A stretch of DNA of 64,000 nt, taken from NCBI GenBank assembly GCA_024400635.1, contig JAKSMI010000004.1:22340-86339 (forward strand). Direction: 5' to 3'. Position 1 is the stretch's first letter, and every line of letters starts with the position of its first letter. Below, in pieces: positions 9,226-19,041 of the stretch. A program made the translations under genes and the position numbers. The stretch is from Bacteroidales bacterium (GTDB lineage: Bacteria; Bacteroidota; Bacteroidia; Bacteroidales; WCHB1-69). Under the pieces are notes generated by a model. The model saw only the letters and a program-made list of their open reading frames with translations. It made no database searches and had not been told where the DNA came from.

Positions 9226-9229
9226 CAAC

Positions 9230-10156
9230 ATGCTCCTATCCGTAATTGTTCCTTGCTATAATGAAGAACTCGTGGTCCGCGAATCATATAGGCGGCTTAC
9301 AGATGTTTTGCGTCAAACCAACATGGACTACGAATTGATATTTATCAATGATGGAAGCAAAGATCAAACGTTTTCTATATTAAAGGAACTATCCCAAAGT
9401 GACACTGCCGTCAAAATCATCAATTTTGCCAGAAATTTCGGACACCAATGTGCCGTCACGGCCGGCATCAATAATTGCAAAGGAGACCTTGCCGTCATCA
9501 TTGATTCCGACTTGCAAGATCCCCCTGAAGTTATTTTGGATATGCTGGAGATTCAAAAGCGAGAAGATGCTAATGTGGTTTATGGCGTACGTAAAAAACG
9601 AGATGGCGAAACTTGGTTCAAGTTGGTAACGGCAAAATACTTCTATCGCACCTTGAACAAATTGTCAGAAGTCCATTTCCCCGTTGACACAGGCGATTTC
9701 CGTATGATTGACCGCAATATCATTGATTTGTTCAATAGTTTACATGAAAAAAACAAATACATTCGGGGGCTTATCAGTTGGATGGGATATAAACAAGTTC
9801 CTTGTTATTATGATAGAAAGGAACGTTTCGCTGGTGAAACACATTATCCACTGAAAAAAATGCTTAAGTTTGCCCTTACAGGTTTGCTTGGCTTTTCAAA
9901 AAAGCCACTTAAACTTGCATCTGCACTGGGCATTTTGTTTGTCACATTGAGTGTTTTATGTGCCATTATCCTGTTAATTATCAAATTGTGTAATCCTGAT
10001 TTTGTCGTCGGCTTAGGAAATATCGCACTACTCATTTCGTTTATTGGAGGATTGCAATTTATCACAATTGGTATCATTGGCGAATATTTGGCCAATATGT
10101 TTGATGAAGCCAAAGACAGACCTGAATATATCATTAAAAACAAAGTTAATTTTTAA
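9230..10156 (+). CDS. GtrB/ArnC-like family 2 glycosyltransferase (polyprenyl-phosphate glycosyltransferase)
   Basis: Starts at ATG 9230 (MLLSVIVPCYNEE) and carries INDGSKD and DSDLQDPPE motifs plus two C-terminal TM helices. The longer ORF from 9119 overlaps gtrA and is rejected. Confidence 0.75.
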   Translation: MLLSVIVPCYNEELVVRESYRRLTDVLRQTNMDYELIFINDGSKDQTFSILKELSQSDTAVKIINFARNFGHQCAVTAGINNCKGDLAVIIDSDLQDPPEVILDMLEIQKREDANVVYGVRKKRDGETWFKLVTAKYFYRTLNKLSEVHFPVDTGDFRMIDRNIIDLFNSLHEKNKYIRGLISWMGYKQVPCYYDRKERFAGETHYPLKKMLKFALTGLLGFSKKPLKLASALGILFVTLSVLCAIILLIIKLCNPDFVVGLGNIALLISFIGGLQFITIGIIGEYLANMFDEAKDRPEYIIKNKVNF

Positions 10157-10167
10157 TAACGCCTAAA

Positions 10168-11349
10168 ATGAATAACTTTTTCAAAGAAAACAAAAAAAAT
10201 CCGTGGTTTTGGGCATTTACTATTTTAAGCATAGTTCTCTTATTCGCAATGCCAATATTAAGTCTTGATGCCGGCAATAGTGGCGATGAAGACGGGTTCC
10301 AATGGCCATATGCTGAACAGATTTATAATTACTATGCCTCTGGCGGCCAAGATACCACCTGCCTGCAAAATGATGATATGGGTATGCATGGTGGTTTTTT
10401 TGACCAAATGACATACGCTTTCGTGAAATGGTTCAATATAGATGATTACAGTCAGTTCAGACATATCTGCAATGCTTTGTTCGGATGGATTGGCATTCTT
10501 TTTGCAGGACTTTTAGCATACAAACTCATTGGTTGGAGAGCTGCGGTTTTCACACTATTATTGATGTTTTTTTCGCCGCGCTATCTTGGGAACGCATTCA
10601 ACAATCCAAAAGACTTAATTTTTGCCTCTACAATGATGGCAAGCATATACTATGTCGCATGCTTGATAAAAGAGTATCCCAAACCTAAAATATCCACATC
10701 GATCAAGCTTTCTGTATTCGCAGCTTTAGCTATTGTATCTCGTTTTGCTGGATACTTGTTATTTGCCTACTTAGTACTTTTCCTCATTATTTACCACATT
10801 AGATTAAATAAGAAAAATAGTCTAAAAAAAGAAAATGCTAAAACCATTGGTAGATATATTCTTTATGTAACTGGCATAGGAATAGTAACCTTTGGTATAA
10901 GTATCGCATTATGGCCTTATATCATGTCTTCACCCATAAAGACTACGATGAAGATATTTACCGAGATGTCTCAATATACTATTTCTCTCCGCCAGCTCTT
11001 CGAGGGTACTTTGCAGTGGTCCGACGCACTTCCGTGGTACTACACCCCAAAATATATTTTGATGACTATTCCTATCGCCGTGATAGTCGGATTGCTACTA
11101 TTTTTCATTTTCTGCTGGCGCAAAAAGGAAGACCGCTTCTGGGCATTTGTCGTGTTCTTCACATTCTTCTTCCCCGTGTTCTGGATTGTCTATACCCACG
11201 CCAATGTTTATGGCGGCTGGCGTCATGCGATGTTCGCCTACCCTCCTATGGTCGTGGCCGCAGGTTGGGGTTTCGATGCCCTTTTGAAATGGGTGGAAGA
11301 AAAGTGGATGGTGGAAAATAAAGAAATGAGAACTGAGATTTGTGATTAG
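10168..11349 (+). CDS. GT-C fold (ArnT/PMT-like) membrane glycosyltransferase, probably C-terminally truncated
   Basis: Paralogous to residues 1 to about 390 of the 700-aa protein (FRHICNALFGW vs FRHLLCALFGF; GGWRHAMFAYP vs NGWRHETFIYS). It ends about 10 residues after the point where the paralog continues for another roughly 300 aa. Confidence 0.6.
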   Translation: MNNFFKENKKNPWFWAFTILSIVLLFAMPILSLDAGNSGDEDGFQWPYAEQIYNYYASGGQDTTCLQNDDMGMHGGFFDQMTYAFVKWFNIDDYSQFRHICNALFGWIGILFAGLLAYKLIGWRAAVFTLLLMFFSPRYLGNAFNNPKDLIFASTMMASIYYVACLIKEYPKPKISTSIKLSVFAALAIVSRFAGYLLFAYLVLFLIIYHIRLNKKNSLKKENAKTIGRYILYVTGIGIVTFGISIALWPYIMSSPIKTTMKIFTEMSQYTISLRQLFEGTLQWSDALPWYYTPKYILMTIPIAVIVGLLLFFIFCWRKKEDRFWAFVVFFTFFFPVFWIVYTHANVYGGWRHAMFAYPPMVVAAGWGFDALLKWVEEKWMVENKEMRTEICD

Positions 11350-11413
11350 GGGTATGAGTGAGTTGTGAAGTTGTGCACCCTTCTAGGCAGGGCGGTTGCC
11401 AAAGCACTCAAAA

Positions 11414-12349
11414 TTAAAAAGGAGTCTTATCGCCGAGATAACATAAAATATTGTTATCCAAATAGATGGATTGTAATTTCTGCATTTTTTCAGTCGAAAC
11501 ATCGCCGCCTGTGGCGTAATCGTAGCTTAAGCCCAATTGCTCCCATTTGGTTTGTCCCAAACGATGAAATGGCAATAAGTTTATTTCATACAATCCATTT
11601 TCTTTCATGAAGTCAATAGTTTTCAACGCATTGTCTTCCGAGTCGTTGTATTCTCCAATGATGGGCGTGCGTAATACCAATCGGCCATTCCACCGACTTG
11701 TTTTTAGTGTGGCAATATTGTTAAGGATGAGATTGTTGGAAACTCCAGTTCCTGCTTTATGCTGTGTGTCATCCATGTTCTTTACATCAATGAAAGCGAA
11801 ATCCACAAGTGGCATGATATCTAAAAAAGTACTTTGTGGTATGTACGCTGATGTCTCTATGGCTGTGTGAATTTGCATTTTCTTGCAGGCTTGTAGCACG
11901 GCTTTCAAAAATTGCGGTTGTAACATCGGGTCACCGCCGCTGAAAGTGACGCCGCCATCATTGCCCCAATGGCAAAAGTCTCGGCGCAAAATCGTCATCA
12001 CGTCTTCTACGGAATATTCCTTGCCGCAGACACGCAAAGCATTGGCAGCGCACGTTTGGGTACACTCGAAAGTAGTACACTCTTGACAAATATCCCATGA
12101 GACTTGTGGACCATCCTCGTTGAATGTCAGTGAGTTGTGGGTGCATTTGTTTTCACAGGCACGGCAGCCCGACGACCATTTGCAAACACGCCCGGCAAAC
12201 ATCAGGTGCGCCTTCAAAGCAAAATTTTCAGGATTGGAACACCATCGGCAACGCAACGGACAACCAGCGAAGAATATTGTCGTCCTACAACCCGGTCCAT
12301 CATGAACCGAAAAGGCTTGTACGTCAAAAATTATTCCCTTTGGCGCCAT
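11414..12349 (-). CDS. hpdA: Glycyl-radical enzyme activating protein (radical SAM)
   Basis: Carries a CRTTIFFAGCPLRCRWCSNPE radical-SAM cluster motif plus extra Cys-rich ferredoxin-like inserts. It is the last gene of the B-C-A order. Confidence 0.75.
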   Translation of the reverse strand: MAPKGIIFDVQAFSVHDGPGCRTTIFFAGCPLRCRWCSNPENFALKAHLMFAGRVCKWSSGCRACENKCTHNSLTFNEDGPQVSWDICQECTTFECTQTCAANALRVCGKEYSVEDVMTILRRDFCHWGNDGGVTFSGGDPMLQPQFLKAVLQACKKMQIHTAIETSAYIPQSTFLDIMPLVDFAFIDVKNMDDTQHKAGTGVSNNLILNNIATLKTSRWNGRLVLRTPIIGEYNDSEDNALKTIDFMKENGLYEINLLPFHRLGQTKWEQLGLSYDYATGGDVSTEKMQKLQSIYLDNNILCYLGDKTPF

Positions 12350-12393
12350 AAATGTTAATTGTTGAAAACGAAAAAAATGTAACTAAAACGCTT

Positions 12394-12663
12394 TCATCTC
12401 TCATCTCTCATTTCAAAGTATTCGCAAGATCCAGCACCGCAAGAGGCGTATGCCCAATTGGGCTTTTCGAAACCTTCGCAGGTGCCTAAACCATGGCTGT
12501 CGGGATCTTTGAAGTGAGTACAGCAACCACATTTGGGAGCCATCACGAATTTGGGACAAGCATCGCTGCCTTTGCCATCAATCGGCAACATCATTTTGGT
12601 CAGTGCGCACATGCCCTTTTCACAATCCAGATAAGTATAATTTTTGCAATCTATATGTTTCAT
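12394..12663 (-). CDS. hpdC: 4-hydroxyphenylacetate decarboxylase small (gamma) subunit, Cys-rich Fe-S protein
   Basis: 89 aa. MKHIDCKNYTYLDCEKGMCALTK...CPKF...CGCC...LGTC...WAYASCGAGSC closely resembles the clostridial HpdC sequence as I remember it. Confidence 0.7.
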   Translation of the reverse strand: MKHIDCKNYTYLDCEKGMCALTKMMLPIDGKGSDACPKFVMAPKCGCCTHFKDPDSHGLGTCEGFEKPNWAYASCGAGSCEYFEMRDER

Positions 12664-12686
12664 TATGAAAGTTTTTCAATGGGTTA

Positions 12687-15377
12687 TTAGTTGTCGTATT
12701 CGGTTCTGTAAATAACTTCGTCTTGGATGGGTTTTCCGATTTCGCACCAATATTGGGTGAATCCTGCCACACGCACCATCAGGTCTCTATAATTTTCAGG
12801 TTTGGCTTGTGCCGCCCGTAAAGTGTTAGAATCCACAATGTTGAATTGGACGTGGAAGCCTCCTTTGCGCATATAGGAACGAACGATGTCGAGCAGTTTT
12901 CGAGTGCCTTGAATGCCTTTTACGGCAGATGGGTGAAGTTTGAGGTTCATCTGAGCATTCTGCTGTGTGCCGTGATCGTATACTGTTGCCGACTGGAAGA
13001 TGGCGTAGATGCCGTTCTTGTCGGTGCCTGCCGCTGCGGAAACGGAACCATCGGAGTAGGTCGTGCCGGCCAAACGGCCTGCGGCATCAGCCAAAGTGAC
13101 AAAACCTTGTGGACCATGTGTTGAAACTGAAATCTGGCACATGTAAAGTGGCTTGCCATAATAGGATTCGTATGAACGTGTCAAGTCAAACATGGTGTCT
13201 TCATACCATTTTAAGAATTGGTCAGCTTCCCAATCGGCATTGCCGAATTTCGGCGCATTGATACAGTCGGCGAAAATTTGTTCGTATTTGCCGGCCAAGT
13301 CTGTGGCTTCACGAAAATCGGGTGAGAAAACACCGGTTTCGTAAGAAGTCTTGAAACCGAAGTTATGCAACATCGCATCTAACATTTCCTCCAATGTGTA
13401 TTTCTTGTCTTTGAAAACATTCTTGTACAACGATGCCAAAGAATTAATGAAGGTAATGGTGCCACATGATTCGAAATTGATGGTGGCGTTGTAGCGTCCA
13501 CCCATCATGCCGAGGTCGCGGCCCTTGGTGAAGCAGTCGGGCTTTAATAATGAATTAACAATGGGCATACAGTGCTTGCGCCAGATGTCCATCTGCAAAT
13601 TGTTGACTTTGTTCAGTGCGTTGATGATCATTTTGAGATAGTTAACCCATTCATTTTGAATGGTTTCCAAACTATCAAGCTCTTTGTTGTGGGCTGGTAG
13701 AATCTGACGTTTCATACGATGGTCGTAGCCATTGGTGAGCACCAATTCAAGAACTTTGGGCAGCCCGACGAAGTGAACGCCGGAACCGGCCGTTGGTCCA
13801 GCTCCACCAGGAATCCAGTAGGTTTTGCCATTGTAGTTGAGCGGCAGGAAGCATCCTGGAGATGATTCGAGACAGCCTCCCAAGCACCAGGCGCGTGCGT
13901 CCTGCAGATTCATGCCTTCCGGACCGTAATTCAACATCATGAAATTAATGCCGTCTTGATTGTTCATCCATGCAGGATAACCCATGCCGAGTTTTGTGCA
14001 GGATGCCGCCTTCATCAGAAAGTCTTCAGGAGTTTTTTCGTCATAAAGGATAGACAAGGTCGGTTGTGTTGTTCGGCAGCGCATGCCAGCTTCAATAATC
14101 AGATATTCCAGTGGAGTAACGGCAGTCAGGCCATCGCGGTTGAGGCCGCCCAGTGACAGGTTGTTGAAAGTGTTGCCCGACAACACGCCACCCGTTACAC
14201 CCGCTGATGCGAAACATTCAATGCTGGTTATCTTAATGCGGTAGAATTCAAGCAGTTCTATAACTTCTTCTTCTGTGGTAATGCCGTCGGCAATGTCTTT
14301 TTCGTAGAATGGTTGAAGCACTTGACCCAAACGGCCGATAGACTGTCCTGATTGTGGATCTTCGTTGACAACACCGTAATGGCAGCAAAGTGTCAGCTGC
14401 AAAGCTTGACGGAAGGTGGAGGGAGCCTTGTGTGCGATGTGAGACATCACGGCTTCTATATCTTCGTAATTTTTCTTGAAAGCAGGATCCGTTTCAATGC
14501 TGGCAAGATAGTGTGCGCGGTCTGCGTAATTCTGACACCATTTGCTCATTCCCTGGGCCAAAATCTTCATGGCAACATAGTAGTATCCGCGACCCATGCC
14601 GAGAATACCGTCGCTGTCGGCTTCGCCCATCGTTTCTGTAATGCGTTGATTGCAAAGTTCGATGATGCCGTCCCACCCGTATTGCAGAGGAAGATAGTAG
14701 TTCATCACTTCGCGACCTTGCGGAATGCAGTAGGAGTCGAACATGCAAAGCACAGACTCCATGATGTTTTGTTCCAACGCGTAATCGGGTGTGTATTGGG
14801 CATATTTGTTACTCAGCTCTTCCACTGAATTGCCGTCCCAAGGTTTCGAAACGCGGACCAACACCGGAATTTCCTCTTTGCGCATGCCGAATTTTTTGGC
14901 AATGGAGATGATATTGCCATAGCTTTTGGTTACGTTGCCTCCGCCATCGCCAACGATGGAAACGGCATCAGCTTCTGATTCTGCCGGAGCATCGGCTTCG
15001 GCCATAAGTGCCTCTGCTTGAGCATTGAAAAAACTGGCGGTTACCCATGGGAATGGGAATGCACCACGCACGTTGCGGGTTTTGTTCATCACCAATCTTT
15101 CGTATGGCTGAATCGTTGGTGTAAGGTGCGATAAGGCGGCCGCCATGGCTTTGGCACGCCTTACAATAGTAATGTCTCCATCATTCTCTTGCCAAACACG
15201 GTTGTACCAATACGGGTACTCCATGTCCACTGTGTTTTTCAGCGTATAGTAAATCTCCATCAGCTTTTCACATCCTTCAGCTTTTTGCGGAATGTTTTCC
15301 AATGCCGAATACTTGTCTTCTTCCATTTCAATGCCGTGCTGCTTGAGCAATTCGTTCAGCTTATCTTCATTCGTCAT
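12687..15377 (-). CDS. hpdB: Glycyl-radical enzyme, 4-hydroxyphenylacetate decarboxylase large subunit type
   Basis: 896 aa with a C-terminal RVAGFTQYW glycyl-radical motif and a GGCLE thiyl-Cys/Glu loop. Adjacent to the small subunit and the activase. Confidence 0.7.
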   Translation of the reverse strand: MTNEDKLNELLKQHGIEMEEDKYSALENIPQKAEGCEKLMEIYYTLKNTVDMEYPYWYNRVWQENDGDITIVRRAKAMAAALSHLTPTIQPYERLVMNKTRNVRGAFPFPWVTASFFNAQAEALMAEADAPAESEADAVSIVGDGGGNVTKSYGNIISIAKKFGMRKEEIPVLVRVSKPWDGNSVEELSNKYAQYTPDYALEQNIMESVLCMFDSYCIPQGREVMNYYLPLQYGWDGIIELCNQRITETMGEADSDGILGMGRGYYYVAMKILAQGMSKWCQNYADRAHYLASIETDPAFKKNYEDIEAVMSHIAHKAPSTFRQALQLTLCCHYGVVNEDPQSGQSIGRLGQVLQPFYEKDIADGITTEEEVIELLEFYRIKITSIECFASAGVTGGVLSGNTFNNLSLGGLNRDGLTAVTPLEYLIIEAGMRCRTTQPTLSILYDEKTPEDFLMKAASCTKLGMGYPAWMNNQDGINFMMLNYGPEGMNLQDARAWCLGGCLESSPGCFLPLNYNGKTYWIPGGAGPTAGSGVHFVGLPKVLELVLTNGYDHRMKRQILPAHNKELDSLETIQNEWVNYLKMIINALNKVNNLQMDIWRKHCMPIVNSLLKPDCFTKGRDLGMMGGRYNATINFESCGTITFINSLASLYKNVFKDKKYTLEEMLDAMLHNFGFKTSYETGVFSPDFREATDLAGKYEQIFADCINAPKFGNADWEADQFLKWYEDTMFDLTRSYESYYGKPLYMCQISVSTHGPQGFVTLADAAGRLAGTTYSDGSVSAAAGTDKNGIYAIFQSATVYDHGTQQNAQMNLKLHPSAVKGIQGTRKLLDIVRSYMRKGGFHVQFNIVDSNTLRAAQAKPENYRDLMVRVAGFTQYWCEIGKPIQDEVIYRTEYDN

Positions 15378-15451
15378 TATAAAAATATTTTTAGTATTAT
15401 TTGTGTTATCTAATTGATATATAAGTTGTTGTGTTAATAATGTTTAGATTG

Positions 15452-15459
15452 CAAATTTA
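15452..15459 (-). promoter_or_regulatory. Bacteroidota-type -7 promoter box (TAAATTTG on minus strand)
   Basis: Lies 75 nt upstream of the hpdB ATG. Confidence 0.35.
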
Positions 15460-15583
15460 CAAAAAAAAACTATAATATTTTATGTGATAAATATAGTTGA
15501 ATTGTTGAGTTGTTTTGTCTGAAAGGCAACACAACATAGTAACTGGTTCCACCAATCAAGGAGAAAAACATCTTACTGTTGGC

Positions 15584-15622
15584 AAAAAAACGCCGCCAAA
15601 GATAAATCTTCAGCGGCGTTTT
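15584..15622 (-). terminator. Rho-independent terminator
   Basis: A 10-bp stem (15587-15596 with 15613-15622, aaaacgccgc/gcggcgtttt) is followed by a T-run on the minus strand. It lies 20 nt downstream of the 15643 stop. Confidence 0.65.
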
Positions 15623-15642
15623 CGAAATGTTGAATAAAAATC

Positions 15643-16266
15643 TTATTTCAAGTTGTGGTTTTGAAGCGATTTGGTGTATTCTTCAATTTGTTTATTTAAT
15701 GCTTCATGTTCTTTCTCGCTTTTTTCCATGGCAGCTTTCATTTTTTCCATCGCTTTGTCATTTTTTGCCTTTTCTTTGTTGGCTTTTTCCAAATCTTTCT
15801 TCAATTGCGCAATCTTTTCTTCCAACTGATATTTTTCAATGGCTTGAGGAAATTTTGTGGACATGAAATTTTTGATGCTGTTGGCCGTATTGGCATCTGA
15901 CGATGATGAAATCATATTGTCGTAACCATAGCTGACAATCATAACAATGTCGGAAGAAAGGTCTTTTTTCTTTCCTTTTTGAATTGTGGTAAGATAAATG
16001 TCGTATTTGTTGTCACCAATCAAAGGACAGGCCTGTCCTTGGTAAACGACAAAACCGGAGGCGTTTTTGCTTTTTCCAAAGTTGATTTCCTTGAAATAGT
16101 TTTGAACAGAATTCATTGCCACTTTGCTATCAACGCCTTTAATGTTGATTACAAAACCATTGGCCTTGCTTTTGTTAAAATCGATGATTTGTTCTTCAAC
16201 AGTCTGTGCCATTGCAAATCCTGATGCTATAATGGCAAACATTACAAATGCGAAAATTTTTTTCAT
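15643..16266 (-). CDS. Secreted protein with C-terminal coiled coil (function unknown)
   Basis: Starts at ATG 16266 (MKKIFAFVMFAIIASGFAMAQ signal peptide). The C-terminal roughly 60 aa are Lys/Glu-rich with heptad-like spacing. Confidence 0.55.
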   Translation of the reverse strand: MKKIFAFVMFAIIASGFAMAQTVEEQIIDFNKSKANGFVINIKGVDSKVAMNSVQNYFKEINFGKSKNASGFVVYQGQACPLIGDNKYDIYLTTIQKGKKKDLSSDIVMIVSYGYDNMISSSSDANTANSIKNFMSTKFPQAIEKYQLEEKIAQLKKDLEKANKEKAKNDKAMEKMKAAMEKSEKEHEALNKQIEEYTKSLQNHNLK

Positions 16267-16391
16267 GGGATTAATTTTTTTATTGATTATTAACTTTGAT
16301 TTTAATTCCTTATATATTTGAAATTGCAAATATAAGATTTTTTTTCTTACATTTGATGAATTGAATTTGTGTTTTTTGATTTATTTAAGTG

Positions 16392-16399
16392 TATTTTTG
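16392..16399 (+). promoter_or_regulatory. Bacteroidota-type -7 promoter box (TATTTTTG)
   Basis: Lies 26 nt upstream of the dut ATG at 16425. Confidence 0.45.
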
Positions 16400-16424
16400 C
16401 ATTCATAAAAAATTTATTCTAAAA

Positions 16425-16862
16425 ATGATGAATTGCAAAATTGTCAATAAGTCTAAAAATGCGACCCCGGCATACGCTACAGCACAAAGTGCTGGTATGG
16501 ATTTGAGAGCCGATTTGTCAGAATCATTGATTATTCAACCTTTAGAAAGGAAAATTGTTCCTACGGGACTTTATATAGAACTTCCTGTCGGCTATGAAGC
16601 TCAGATTCGCCCGCGTAGTGGTCTCGCTGCAAAACAGGGTATTACCGTGCTTAATAGTCCCGGGACAATCGACGCGGACTACCGAGGTGAGATCAAGGTG
16701 ATTCTAGTCAACCTTTCCAATGTTCCTTTCGAAATCCAAAACGGAGAACGCATTGCACAAATGGTCATCGCAAAACACGAAACAGTACAATGGATTGAAG
16801 TGGATGAATTATCGGATACTGAACGTGGCGCCGGTGGTTTCGGAAGTAGTGGCGTGAAATAG
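16425..16862 (+). CDS. dut: dUTP diphosphatase
   Basis: Carries the [25 protein letters not shown] and GGFGSSG dUTPase motifs. Confidence 0.9.
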   Translation: MMNCKIVNKSKNATPAYATAQSAGMDLRADLSESLIIQPLERKIVPTGLYIELPVGYEAQIRPRSGLAAKQGITVLNSPGTIDADYRGEIKVILVNLSNVPFEIQNGERIAQMVIAKHETVQWIEVDELSDTERGAGGFGSSGVK

Positions 16863-16863
16863 T

Positions 16864-18198
16864 TTACTTTGATTGCAAAATGCAATCTTCCAGAATTTTA
16901 AGAGCCTCATCTACGGGAATGATTTCCGAGACGCGCTGCTTGCCTTTATAAACTGCAGCTAAACCATTGGTGGCACCAACAATGCCGTAGTCGGCATCGG
17001 CCATTTCGCCCGGCCCATTAACGATGCATCCCATTACGCCGATTTTTAGGCCTGGATAGCTTGAAAACCTTTCTTTAACTTTGGCTAATATGCTTTCAAT
17101 GTCGTATTGTGTTCGTCCGCACGATGGGCAGGCAATGAATTCTGTCTTCGTCATCTTTAGCCGACAGGCTTGCAAAATGCTTTCAGTCAATTGTTTGTTT
17201 TCATCTTCTGAAAAATATGGATTGTCAATTTTGATGTCTTCTATATTTTTCTGATAATGATGAAAACCGCAAACAGCAGCAGCTCCAGCAATCCAAAGAT
17301 CATGTTTTTTTTCTTTTTTTGTATAATAAATAATGTGATTATCAATATGATAATCTTCATCTTTAACGTTTTTTACTGCTTCAATCAAGGCGTGGGCAAA
17401 AGGCGTTTCGTTTTCTGGCTTTTCAGTCAGCGAAACACGTATGGTGTCACCGATGCCCATCATCAACAAGGCACCAATACCTGCTGCGGATTTTACCCGA
17501 CCATCTAAACCGTTGCCAGCTTCGGTAACGCCAAGATGTAAGGGATAAACGCTGCCGTGCTGTTTCATCATTTCGTGAAGGAGCAAAGTTGCCTCCATCA
17601 TTACATTCACATTGCTGGCTTTCATGGAAAAGACCATGTTGTGAAAGTCGTTTTTTTTGCAGATGTCCAGCCATTCCATCGCAGACATGGCCATGGCTTT
17701 CGGCGTGTTCCCGTAGCGACTGACGATGCGGTCGCTCATAGAACCGTGATTGATGCCGATACGTAATACCGTGTTGTGTTGCCGACAAACTTCAAATAGT
17801 GGTTTGGCTTTGGCTTCCATCGCATCCAGTGAGGATTTGTATTCCAAATCACTGAGTTCCAAATGTTTGAAATTTCGTTTATCGGTGTAATTTCCAGGAT
17901 TTATTCTTACTTTTTCAACAATGGCAGCGGCGGCTTCGGCAACTTTAGGGTTGAAATGAACATCAGCAATGAGAGGCGTGGCAATTCCATCAGCTCTCAA
18001 TTGTGCTTTGATTTGACGCAGAGGAACTATTTCTTTCATTGAAGGAACAGTCAGTCTCACCATTTCAGCTCCAGCGGCTATCATTCGTTTGCATTGAGCT
18101 ACCGTAGCGTCAACATCTTCTGTGGCAGTGTTAGTCATAGACTGCACCACAACGGGATTTCCGTCTCCTAACTTGACATTCCCGATATGAATAGTCAT
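16864..18198 (-). CDS. ispG: 4-hydroxy-3-methylbut-2-enyl diphosphate synthase
   Basis: VVVQSMTNT, the TIM-barrel region, and the C-terminal CPSCGRT...GCIVNGPGE Fe-S motifs. Confidence 0.85.
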   Translation of the reverse strand: MTIHIGNVKLGDGNPVVVQSMTNTATEDVDATVAQCKRMIAAGAEMVRLTVPSMKEIVPLRQIKAQLRADGIATPLIADVHFNPKVAEAAAAIVEKVRINPGNYTDKRNFKHLELSDLEYKSSLDAMEAKAKPLFEVCRQHNTVLRIGINHGSMSDRIVSRYGNTPKAMAMSAMEWLDICKKNDFHNMVFSMKASNVNVMMEATLLLHEMMKQHGSVYPLHLGVTEAGNGLDGRVKSAAGIGALLMMGIGDTIRVSLTEKPENETPFAHALIEAVKNVKDEDYHIDNHIIYYTKKEKKHDLWIAGAAAVCGFHHYQKNIEDIKIDNPYFSEDENKQLTESILQACRLKMTKTEFIACPSCGRTQYDIESILAKVKERFSSYPGLKIGVMGCIVNGPGEMADADYGIVGATNGLAAVYKGKQRVSEIIPVDEALKILEDCILQSK

Positions 18199-18239
18199 AG
18201 TGTTATGAAATTTATCAGTTCACAGGCGGCAGTTGCCGA

Positions 18240-18998
18240 TTACAGCATTGAATCGATGAGTTTGTTGTCTTCGATGCAAATGGTTCGAGACGTAAATTTA
18301 TCAATCATGCTGAAATTGTGCGTGGCCATCAAAACGGTCGTATGGTTGGTCTTGTTGATTTCGTGGAAAATCTTGAAGATTTCTTCTGAAGTAATCGGAT
18401 CCAAATTCCCGGTGGGTTCGTCGGCAAGGATGATTTCGGGATTGTTGAGCAAGGCTCTGGCAATGCAGACTCGTTGTTGTTCGCCACCTGACAATTGGTG
18501 TGGATAACGGAAATCCTTTGTGGCCAAGCCGACCATTTCAAGAACTTCTTCGCAACGATTACCCATGGCAACCTTATCTTTCCAGCGTGTGGCTTTCAAG
18601 ACATACATCAGATTTTCCAAGACCGTCATATCTGACAATAATTGGTAATCTTGAAAAACCATGCCCATGCTTTTGCGGAGTTGCGGGATTTGGCGTTTCT
18701 TCAGTTTCAGCAGGTTGTATCCGTTGATGTAGGCTTCGTCACCTTGGGCTGGAACTTCTGCAATCAACGTTTTCAATATTGAAGACTTTCCACTGCCGGT
18801 TTTGCCAATCAGATAGACAAACTCACCTTTTTTGACATTCATGGTTACTTGTGGAAGAATCAGAATGTTACGTTGATAGATGTCAACATTCTTTAATGAA
18901 ATGACCAATTCTTCTTTGGATGTTTCTTGTAATTCTTGAGTCTGCGGTACACTCTGCTGTTCTTGCGATTCCAAGGTTTCGATATTTTCGTCAGCCAT
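18240..18998 (-). CDS. ftsE: Cell-division ABC transporter ATP-binding protein FtsE-like
   Basis: Walker A (GKTGSGKSS), the LSGGEQQR signature and Walker B (ILADEPTGNLD). It has a roughly 30-aa acidic N-terminal extension. Confidence 0.7.
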   Translation of the reverse strand: MADENIETLESQEQQSVPQTQELQETSKEELVISLKNVDIYQRNILILPQVTMNVKKGEFVYLIGKTGSGKSSILKTLIAEVPAQGDEAYINGYNLLKLKKRQIPQLRKSMGMVFQDYQLLSDMTVLENLMYVLKATRWKDKVAMGNRCEEVLEMVGLATKDFRYPHQLSGGEQQRVCIARALLNNPEIILADEPTGNLDPITSEEIFKIFHEINKTNHTTVLMATHNFSMIDKFTSRTICIEDNKLIDSML

Positions 18999-19041
18999 AG
19001 CTCTGAAAATTGATGATGATTAATACGATGTGTATATCCGA

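Noticed and set aside
9119-9229. N-terminal extension of the GtrB-like GT2 gene (track start at 9119)
   Set aside because: The extension overlaps the gtrA 3' end in another frame and has no similarity to GT2 N-termini. The canonical MLLSVIVPCYNE start at ATG 9230 lies 4 nt after the gtrA stop.
11365-11610. 81-aa plus-strand ORF at the junction of the GT-C gene and the hpd operon
   Set aside because: Most of it is antisense to the hpdA 3' end. It has no motif, and its start lies in the short convergent spacer.
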